Assembly: GCF_000027125.1 (NCBI RefSeq)
Contig: NC_017626.1
Length of the DNA: 64,000 nucleotides
Strand: one strand, 5' to 3'
From: Escherichia coli 042
GTDB lineage: Bacteria > Pseudomonadota > Gammaproteobacteria > Enterobacterales > Enterobacteriaceae
Within the stretch, counting starts at the first letter, position 1; every line of letters starts with the position of its first letter. Positions 56,541-64,000 of the stretch are shown here, piece after piece. Below the pieces are notes generated by a model that was not told where the DNA came from, did no database searches, and saw only the letters and a list, made by a program, of their open reading frames with translations. Made by a program: the position numbers and the translations under genes.

Positions 56541-58967
56541 ATGTCCAAAAATGAACAAATGGTGGGCATCAGCCGCAGAACACTCGTTAAATCTACCGCG
56601 ATAGGTTCTCTGGCGCTGGCTGCAGGCGGTTTTTCTTTACCGTTCACCCTGCGCAGTGCAGCGGCAGCGGTACAACAGGCCAGCGAGAAAGTGGTCTGGG
56701 GTGCCTGTTCCGTCAACTGTGGTAGCCGCTGTGCACTTCGTCTGCATGTTAAAGATAATGAAGTGACCTGGGTGGAAACTGACAACACCGGCAGCGATGA
56801 GTATGGCAATCATCAAGTACGTGCCTGTTTGCGCGGTCGCTCCATCCGTCGGCGTATTAATCATCCCGATCGCTTGAATTACCCAATGAAACGCGTGGGC
56901 AAACGCGGCGAAGGCAAATTCGAACGGATTAGCTGGGATGAAGCCCTGGATACTATCGCCAGTAGCCTGAAAAAAACCGTCGAACAATATGGCAATGAGG
57001 CTGTATATATTCAGTACTCTTCGGGGATTGTTGGCGGCAATATGACCCGCTCTTCACCATCAGCCTCGGCGGTCAAACGCCTGATGAACTGCTACGGCGG
57101 TTCACTCAATCAGTATGGCTCCTACAGCACCGCGCAAATTTCCTGTGCCATGCCCTACACCTACGGCAGTAATGATGGCAACAGCACCACGGATATTGAA
57201 AACAGCAAGCTGGTCGTGATGTTTGGTAACAACCCGGCAGAAACCCGCATGAGCGGCGGTGGCATCACTTATCTTCTTGAAAAAGCGCGCGAGAAATCGA
57301 ACGCCAAAATGATTGTTATCGATCCGCGATATACCGATACAGCTGCTGGTCGTGAAGACGAATGGCTACCTATTCGCCCGGGCACCGATGCCGCGCTGGT
57401 TGCGGGTATTGCCTGGGTATTGATTAACGAAAATCTCGTTGATCAACCTTTTCTCGATAAATACTGCGTCGGCTATGACGAAAAAACCTTACCCGCAGAT
57501 GCACCAAAAAATGGTCACTATGAAGCCTATATTCTTGGTGAAGGTGACGATAAAACAGCGAAAACGCCGCAGTGGGCTTCGCAAATTACCGGTATCCCGG
57601 TGGAGCGTATCATCAAACTGGCGCGTGAAATTGGCACAGCAAAACCCGCTTATATCTGCCAGGGCTGGGGACCGCAACGCCAGGCAAACGGCGAGCTGAC
57701 TGCACGTGCTATTGCGATGTTGCCTATTCTGACGGGCAATGTCGGCATCAGCGGCGGGAGTAGTGGCGCGCGTGAATCGACCTATACCATTACCATAGAA
57801 CGCCTGCCGGTGCTGGATAATCCGGTCAAAACGTCAATCTCCTGCTTCAGCTGGACGGATGCTATCGATCATGGCCCGCAAATGACGGCAATCCGCGACG
57901 GTGTCCGGGGCAAAGATAAACTGGATGTGCCCATTAAGTTCATCTGGAACTACGCGGGAAATACCCTGGTTAATCAGCATTCTGACATCAACAAAACGCA
58001 TGAAATTCTGCAGGACGAATCGAAATGCGAAATGATTGTGGTCATCGAAAACTTTATGACCTCATCGGCAAAATATGCCGACATTCTGCTGCCAGACCTG
58101 ATGACCGTTGAGCAGGAAGATATTATTCCTAACGACTACGCCGGTAACATGGGATATCTCATTTTCCTTCAGCCAGTCACCAGCGAAAAATTCGAACGCA
58201 AACCGATTTACTGGATCCTGAGTGAGGTCGCGAAACGTCTTGGACCTGACGTCTATCAAAAGTTCACAGAAGGTCGCACGCAGGAACAATGGTTGCAACA
58301 TCTGTACGCCAAAATGCTTGCCAAAGATCCGGCGTTACCGTCTTACGACGAACTGAAAAAAATGGGTATCTATAAGCGTAAAGATCCTAATGGTCATTTT
58401 GTCGCCTACAAAGCATTTCGTGACGACCCCGAGGCAAATCCACTTAAAACGCCTTCCGGTAAGATTGAAATTTATTCCAGCAAGCTGGCGGAAATTGCCC
58501 GTACCTGGGAACTGGAAAAAGATGAAGTGATAAGCCCACTGCCGGTTTATGCCTCAACCTTTGAAGGCTGGGACTCCCCTGAACGTAGTACCTTTCCACT
58601 GCAACTGTTTGGTTTCCATTACAAATCCCGTACTCACTCGACCTACGGCAACATTGATGTCCTGAAGGCTGCCTGCCGTCAGGAGGTGTGGATCAACCCT
58701 ATAGACGCACAGAAACGTGGGATTGCCAACGGCGATATGGTGCGGGTGTATAACCATCGTGGCGAAGTTCGGCTACCAGCCAAAGTGACACCACGCATTC
58801 TCCCTGGGGTTAGCGCTATGGGCCAGGGAGCCTGGCACGAGGCCAATATGTCTGGCGATAAAATCGACCATGGCGGCTGTGTGAATACGCTAACCACTCT
58901 GCGCCCTTCACCACTGGCGAAGGGAAACCCGCAGCACACTAATCTGGTCGAGATCGAAAAAATATAA
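56541..58967 (+). CDS. ynfE: Tat-exported molybdopterin oxidoreductase, DmsA paralog
   Basis: 808-aa ORF; twin-arginine signal SRRTLVK; Cys cluster CSVNCGSRC; synteny. Confidence 0.9.
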   Translation: MSKNEQMVGISRRTLVKSTAIGSLALAAGGFSLPFTLRSAAAAVQQASEKVVWGACSVNCGSRCALRLHVKDNEVTWVETDNTGSDEYGNHQVRACLRGRSIRRRINHPDRLNYPMKRVGKRGEGKFERISWDEALDTIASSLKKTVEQYGNEAVYIQYSSGIVGGNMTRSSPSASAVKRLMNCYGGSLNQYGSYSTAQISCAMPYTYGSNDGNSTTDIENSKLVVMFGNNPAETRMSGGGITYLLEKAREKSNAKMIVIDPRYTDTAAGREDEWLPIRPGTDAALVAGIAWVLINENLVDQPFLDKYCVGYDEKTLPADAPKNGHYEAYILGEGDDKTAKTPQWASQITGIPVERIIKLAREIGTAKPAYICQGWGPQRQANGELTARAIAMLPILTGNVGISGGSSGARESTYTITIERLPVLDNPVKTSISCFSWTDAIDHGPQMTAIRDGVRGKDKLDVPIKFIWNYAGNTLVNQHSDINKTHEILQDESKCEMIVVIENFMTSSAKYADILLPDLMTVEQEDIIPNDYAGNMGYLIFLQPVTSEKFERKPIYWILSEVAKRLGPDVYQKFTEGRTQEQWLQHLYAKMLAKDPALPSYDELKKMGIYKRKDPNGHFVAYKAFRDDPEANPLKTPSGKIEIYSSKLAEIARTWELEKDEVISPLPVYASTFEGWDSPERSTFPLQLFGFHYKSRTHSTYGNIDVLKAACRQEVWINPIDAQKRGIANGDMVRVYNHRGEVRLPAKVTPRILPGVSAMGQGAWHEANMSGDKIDHGGCVNTLTTLRPSPLAKGNPQHTNLVEIEKI

Positions 58968-59027
58968 CCCACTACAACCATAAATTCTGGCATGACATTT
59001 TGTTTGAAAAGCAATAAGTGAGTAATG

Positions 59028-61451
59028 ATGAAAATCCATACCACAGAGGCGCTCATGAAGGCTGAAATCAGCCGTAGAAGTCTGATGAAAACCTCCGCAC
59101 TTGGCAGTCTCGCGCTGGCAAGCAGTGCTTTCACTCTGCCATTTTCCCAAATGGTCCGAGCGGCAGAGACACCGGTAGAAGAGAAAGCGGTCTGGAGTTC
59201 CTGCACCGTTAACTGCGGGAGCCGCTGTCTGTTACGTTTGCATGTGAAAGATGACACCGTGTACTGGGTGGAGTCTGATACGACAGGAGACGACGTCTAC
59301 GGTAATCATCAGGTTCGAGCGTGTTTACGCGGGCGCTCTATCCGTCGACGGATGAATCATCCTGATAGGTTGAAATATCCCATGAAGCGCGTCGGCAAGC
59401 GCGGTGAAGGTAAATTTGAACGGATAAGTTGGGATGAAGCCCTGGATACCATCAGTGATAATCTTCGGCGGATCCTTAAAGATTACGGCAATGAGGCTGT
59501 ACATGTTCTCTATGGAACAGGCGTAGATGGCGGAAACATCACCAACTCAAACGTCCCGTACCGTCTGATGAACTCTTGCGGTGGTTTTCTCAGTCGCTAT
59601 GGCAGCTACAGTACCGCTCAAATCAGTGCCGCAATGAGTTATATGTTCGGTGCCAATGATGGCAACAGCCCGGATGATATCGCCAATACGAAACTGGTCG
59701 TTATGTTCGGAAATAACCCGGCAGAAACGCGGATGAGCGGCGGTGGTGTCACTTACTACGTCGAGCAAGCCCGAGAACGTTCAAACGCACGCATGATCGT
59801 CATCGATCCACGTTATAACGACACTGCTGCCGGGCGTGAAGATGAATGGCTGCCAATTCGCCCAGGCACCGATGGCGCACTGGCCTGTGCGATTGCCTGG
59901 GTACTGATTACTGAAAACATGGTCGATCAGCCATTTCTCGACAAATATTGTGTTGGTTACGATGAAAAAACGCTGCCCGCCAACGCACCACGTAACGCGC
60001 ATTATAAAGCCTATATTCTGGGCGAAGGGCCTGACGGCATAGCTAAAACGCCGGAATGGGCAGCAAAAATCACCAGCATCCCGGCAGAAAAAATTATCCA
60101 GTTGGCACGAGAGATCGGTTCAGCAAAACCTGCTTATATTTGTCAGGGTTGGGGGCCACAACGACACTCCAACGGCGAGCAAACGTCCCGCGCTATTGCC
60201 ATGCTTTCCGTTCTCACCGGTAACGTCGGCATAAACGGCGGCAACTCAGGTGTACGCGAAGGTAGCTGGGATCTGGGGGTAGAATGGTTCCCGATGCTCG
60301 AGAATCCTGTTAAAACGCAGATTTCCGTCTTTACATGGACAGATGCCATCGACCATGGTACGGAAATGACCGCGACCCGTGATGGTGTTCGTGGAAAAGA
60401 AAAACTGGATGTCCCCATCAAGTTTTTATGGTGCTACGCCAGTAACACATTGATCAATCAACATGGCGACATCAATCACACCCATGAGGTGCTTCAGGAT
60501 GACAGCAAGTGCGAGATGATTGTTGGCATTGACCACTTCATGACGGCCTCGGCTAAGTATTGCGATATCCTGTTGCCCGACCTGATGCCAACAGAGCAAG
60601 AAGACCTTATCTCTCATGAATCTGCAGGGAATATGGGCTATGTGATCCTCGCCCAACCCGCAACCTCAGCAAAATTTGAACGCAAACCCATCTACTGGAT
60701 GCTGAGTGAAGTCGCCAAACGCTTAGGACCGGACGTTTATCAAACCTTTACTGAAGGTCGCAGTCAGCATGAATGGATCAAATATCTCCATGCGAAAACG
60801 AAGGAACGTAACCCTGAGATGCCCGACTACGAGGAGATGAAAACGACCGGGATCTTTAAGAAAAAATGCCCGGAAGAACACTACGTCGCTTTCCGCGCAT
60901 TCCGTGAAGATCCACAGGCAAACCCGTTGAAAACACCTTCGGGGAAAATCGAAATTTATTCTGAACGACTGGCGACGATTGCGGATACCTGGGAATTGAA
61001 AAAAGATGAAATTATTCATCCCCTTCCTGCGTATACCCCAGGTTTTGATGGCTGGGACGATCCCCTGCGGAAAACCTATCCACTGCAGTTAACGGGCTTC
61101 CACTACAAAGCGCGTACCCACTCCAGCTACGGCAATATTGATGTGTTACAGCAGGCCTGCCCACAAGAGGTGTGGATCAACCCTATTGATGCTCAGGCAC
61201 GCGGTATCCGTCATGGCGATACCGTGCGGGTATTTAACAATAATGGAGAAATGCTGATTGCCGCAAAAGTGACTCCGCGTATTCTGCCTGGCGTTACCGC
61301 CATCGGGCAAGGTGCGTGGCTTAAAGCGGATATGTTTGGTGACCGGGTCGATCACGGCGGCAGTATCAATATTCTGACCTCTCACCGCCCTTCACCGCTG
61401 GCAAAGGGAAACCCGTCGCACAGCAATCTTGTCCAGATCGAAAAGGTTTAA
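59028..61451 (+). CDS. ynfF: Tat-exported molybdopterin oxidoreductase, DmsA paralog
   Basis: ORF 59025..61451; twin-arginine signal SRRSLMK; highly similar to the ynfE product. Confidence 0.9.
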   Translation: MKIHTTEALMKAEISRRSLMKTSALGSLALASSAFTLPFSQMVRAAETPVEEKAVWSSCTVNCGSRCLLRLHVKDDTVYWVESDTTGDDVYGNHQVRACLRGRSIRRRMNHPDRLKYPMKRVGKRGEGKFERISWDEALDTISDNLRRILKDYGNEAVHVLYGTGVDGGNITNSNVPYRLMNSCGGFLSRYGSYSTAQISAAMSYMFGANDGNSPDDIANTKLVVMFGNNPAETRMSGGGVTYYVEQARERSNARMIVIDPRYNDTAAGREDEWLPIRPGTDGALACAIAWVLITENMVDQPFLDKYCVGYDEKTLPANAPRNAHYKAYILGEGPDGIAKTPEWAAKITSIPAEKIIQLAREIGSAKPAYICQGWGPQRHSNGEQTSRAIAMLSVLTGNVGINGGNSGVREGSWDLGVEWFPMLENPVKTQISVFTWTDAIDHGTEMTATRDGVRGKEKLDVPIKFLWCYASNTLINQHGDINHTHEVLQDDSKCEMIVGIDHFMTASAKYCDILLPDLMPTEQEDLISHESAGNMGYVILAQPATSAKFERKPIYWMLSEVAKRLGPDVYQTFTEGRSQHEWIKYLHAKTKERNPEMPDYEEMKTTGIFKKKCPEEHYVAFRAFREDPQANPLKTPSGKIEIYSERLATIADTWELKKDEIIHPLPAYTPGFDGWDDPLRKTYPLQLTGFHYKARTHSSYGNIDVLQQACPQEVWINPIDAQARGIRHGDTVRVFNNNGEMLIAAKVTPRILPGVTAIGQGAWLKADMFGDRVDHGGSINILTSHRPSPLAKGNPSHSNLVQIEKV

Positions 61452-61461
61452 GGAGTAGCCC

Positions 61462-62079
61462 ATGACCACACAATATGGATTTTTTATCGATTCCAGCCGC
61501 TGTACTGGCTGTAAAACCTGCGAACTGGCGTGCAAAGATTTTAAAGATCTTGGCCCGGAAGTCAGTTTCCGCCGTATTTATGAATATGCTGGCGGCGACT
61601 GGCAGGAAGATAATGGCGTCTGGCACCAGAACGTGTTCGCTTATTATCTCTCCATCTCCTGTAACCATTGCGATGACCCCGCATGTACAAAAGTCTGCCC
61701 CAGCGGCGCAATGCATAAGCGTGAAGATGGCTTTGTGGTGGTTGATGAAAATGTTTGTATCGGCTGCCGCTACTGCCACATGGCTTGTCCGTACGGCGCG
61801 CCACAGTACAATGCTGAAAAAGGGCACATGACGAAGTGCGATGGTTGTTATTCGCGCGTCGCCGAGGGGAAACAACCCATATGTGTCGAATCCTGCCCGC
61901 TGCGTACACTTGAGTTCGGTCCAATTGAAGAGCTGCGCCAGAAGCACGGCACTCTTGCTGCCGTCGCGCCACTGCCGCGCGCGCATTTCACAAAACCCAA
62001 TATCGTTATCAAACCTAACGCCAACAGCCGCCCGACCGGCGATACCACTGGTTATCTGGCTAATCCGGAGGAAGTGTAA
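61462..62079 (+). CDS. ynfG: 4Fe-4S ferredoxin-type subunit (DmsB paralog)
   Basis: 205-aa ORF with four Cys clusters (CTGCKTCELAC, CNHCDDPACTKVCPSG, CIGCRYCHMACPYG, CDGC...CVESCP). Confidence 0.9.
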   Translation: MTTQYGFFIDSSRCTGCKTCELACKDFKDLGPEVSFRRIYEYAGGDWQEDNGVWHQNVFAYYLSISCNHCDDPACTKVCPSGAMHKREDGFVVVDENVCIGCRYCHMACPYGAPQYNAEKGHMTKCDGCYSRVAEGKQPICVESCPLRTLEFGPIEELRQKHGTLAAVAPLPRAHFTKPNIVIKPNANSRPTGDTTGYLANPEEV

Positions 62080-62080
62080 A

Positions 62081-62935
62081 ATGGGAAATGGATGGCATGA
62101 ATGGCCACTGGTTATCTTTACCGTATTGGGTCAATGCGTAGTAGGCGCGCTGATTGTTAGCGGAATTGGCTGGTTCGCCGCCAAAAATGACGCAGACCGT
62201 CAGCACATTGTTCGTGGCATGTTTTTCCTCTGGCTGTTGATGGGCATCGGGTTTATTGCCTCTGTCATGCACCTGGGATCGCCACTGCGGGCGTTTAACT
62301 CGCTGAATCGAATCGGAGCTTCTGGTCTGAGTAACGAGATTGCTGCCGGTTCAATATTTTTTGCCGTAGGCGGATTATGGTGGCTGGTGGCGGTCATCGG
62401 TAAAATGCCGCAAGCGTTGGGGAAACTCTGGTTACTTGTCAGCATGGCGCTCGGCGTCATTTTCGTCTGGATGATGACCTGCGTGTATCAAATCGACACA
62501 GTGCCAACCTGGCATAACGGTTACACTACGCTGGCTTTCTTCCTGACAGTATTGTTGAGCGGTCCAATACTTGCTGCCGCAATTCTGCGGGCAGCCCGCG
62601 TTACATTTAATACCACACCATTTGCCATCATTAGCGTTCTGGCGCTGATCGCTTGTGCCGGGGTGATTGTGCTGCAAGGTTTGTCTCTGGCGTCTATTCA
62701 CTCATCCGTACAACAAGCCAGCGCACTGGTACCAGATTACGCCTCCTTACAGGTCTGGCGTGTGGTATTGTTATGCACAGGTCTAGGATGCTGGCTTTGT
62801 CCGCTCATTCGTCGCCGTGAACCTCACGTTGCCGGACTTATTCTGGGGCTAATCCTCATACTTGGCGGTGAGATGATCGGGCGTGTGCTCTTTTATGGCC
62901 TGCACATGACGGTAGGAATGGCCATTGCAGGTTAA
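62081..62935 (+). CDS. ynfH: membrane anchor subunit (DmsC paralog)
   Basis: ATG at 62081 two nt after the ynfG stop (MGNGWHEWPLVIFTVLGQCVV...); 284 aa, multi-TM. Confidence 0.85.
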   Translation: MGNGWHEWPLVIFTVLGQCVVGALIVSGIGWFAAKNDADRQHIVRGMFFLWLLMGIGFIASVMHLGSPLRAFNSLNRIGASGLSNEIAAGSIFFAVGGLWWLVAVIGKMPQALGKLWLLVSMALGVIFVWMMTCVYQIDTVPTWHNGYTTLAFFLTVLLSGPILAAAILRAARVTFNTTPFAIISVLALIACAGVIVLQGLSLASIHSSVQQASALVPDYASLQVWRVVLLCTGLGCWLCPLIRRREPHVAGLILGLILILGGEMIGRVLFYGLHMTVGMAIAG

Positions 62936-62977
62936 CAAATTGGTGCGGGGCAACCCGCACATTTCAGGATGTTAGGA

Positions 62978-63592
62978 ATGACCCATTTTTCACAGCAAGA
63001 TAATTTTTCTGTCGCGGCGCGCGTGTTGGGCGCGCTGTTTTATTACGCTCCAGAGAGTGCGGAAGCCGCACCACTGGTTGCGGTACTCACCAGTGACGGC
63101 TGGGAAACTCAGTGGCCTCTACCAGAAGCGTCATTAGCGCCGCTGGTGACGGCTTTTCAGGCACAGAGTGAAGAGACTCGCGCCCAGGCCTGGCAACGTT
63201 TGTTTGTCGGTCCGTGGGCTCTGCCATCACCGCCGTGGGGGTCGGTCTGGCTGGATCGCGAATCTGTGCTGTTTGGCGATTCAACATTGGCACTTCGTCA
63301 GTGGATGCGCGAGAAAGGCATTCAGTTTGAAATGCAGCAAAACGAACCGGAAGATCATTTTGGTTCACTGCTGTTGATGGCTGCGTGGTTGGCGGAGAAT
63401 GGTCGCCAGACAGAATGCGAAGAATTGCTGGCATGGCACCTTTTTCCGTGGTCAACACGTTTTCTTGACGTTTTTATCGAAAAAGCAGAACACCCTTTCT
63501 ACCGTGCACTGGGTGAACTGGCTCGCTTAACGCTGGCGCAATGGCAATCACAACTGTTAATTCCTGTCGCGGTTAAACCACTCTTTCGATAG
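62978..63592 (+). CDS. dmsD: Tat proofreading chaperone DmsD
   Basis: ORF 62969..63592; start chosen at MTHFSQQDNFSVAARVLGALFYYAPES... (204 aa). Confidence 0.9.
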   Translation: MTHFSQQDNFSVAARVLGALFYYAPESAEAAPLVAVLTSDGWETQWPLPEASLAPLVTAFQAQSEETRAQAWQRLFVGPWALPSPPWGSVWLDRESVLFGDSTLALRQWMREKGIQFEMQQNEPEDHFGSLLLMAAWLAENGRQTECEELLAWHLFPWSTRFLDVFIEKAEHPFYRALGELARLTLAQWQSQLLIPVAVKPLFR

Positions 63593-63786
63593 GATCACCG
63601 TAATATTGCCGGATGGTGGCGATTACGCGCAATTCGGCAATAATAGGTTACAGTGTCACGTTTTTTATCTCTTAAAGCACGCACTGCTTTTGCGTCTGGC
63701 TTCTTTTGCCGCAAAATAGTCGCCCGTGTTTCATTGCCCATTTCTGCTCATGCATCATCTACACATCTATCCGGATCTGCGCACTA

Positions 63787-64000
63787 TGTTCCGCCGTCTG
63801 CTTATCGCAACAGCTGTCGGTATTCTCGCGGCCTTTGCCGTTGCCGGGTTTCGTCATGCGATGCTGCTACTGGAGTGGTTGTTCCTCAATAATGACTCGG
63901 GCAGTCTGGTCAATGCAGCGACAAATCTTTCCCCGTGGCGACGGCTTCTAACTCCGGCGCTCGGCGGACTGGCGGCGGGTTTGTTGTTGATGGGCTGGCA
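63787..64000 (+). CDS. clcB: ClC-family voltage-gated chloride channel, 5' part (continues beyond window)
   Basis: ATG at 63787, [33 protein letters not shown]..., frame open to the window end; synteny after dmsD. Confidence 0.7.

Noticed and set aside
61841-62935. 364-aa version of ynfH starting inside ynfG
   Set aside because: The upstream extension overlaps ynfG in a different frame; ATG at 62081 just after the ynfG stop gives the expected ~284-aa membrane anchor.

Overview
This window is an E. coli chromosomal segment in which a ~47.6 kb lambdoid prophage (about 3615..51228) sits inside the MFS transporter gene ydfJ, at the locus of the K-12 cryptic prophage Qin. Left flank: ydfH' (3' end), ydfZ, ydfI. 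Right flank: rspB-rspA, ynfA, ynfB, speG, ynfC, ynfD, the ynfEFGH-dmsD reductase operon and the start of clcB. The prophage is mosaic. Its late region (cos, nu1, A, W, B, C, D, E, FI, FII, Z, U, V, G/T, H, M, L, K, I, J, lom, stf, tfa) is lambda-like by my recollection of lambda. Its lysis, regulatory and accessory genes are Qin-type: essQ-ydfR-rrrQ-rzpQ/rzoQ, quuQ, cspI/cspB/cspF, ydfK, gnsB, relBE-hokD, flxA, dicA/dicC, ydfABC-dicF-dicB-ydfD, ydfE, xis, intQ. It looks far more complete than K-12 Qin but carries several apparent point lesions: an opal stop at codon 3 of W, a 1-nt deletion in tape-measure gene H, a nonsense codon in flxA, an Rz homolog without a start codon or membrane anchor, a truncated methyltransferase-like ORF, and an IS insertion. 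I found no CRISPR array, tRNA or rRNA, and no convincing novel multi-gene defence system. The most interesting items are a full-length 835-aa YdfE with a C-terminal DEDDh exonuclease domain and a few small uncharacterised ORFs. All coordinates and base-level calls were read by eye and cross-checked against the ORF track; none was confirmed by a search.
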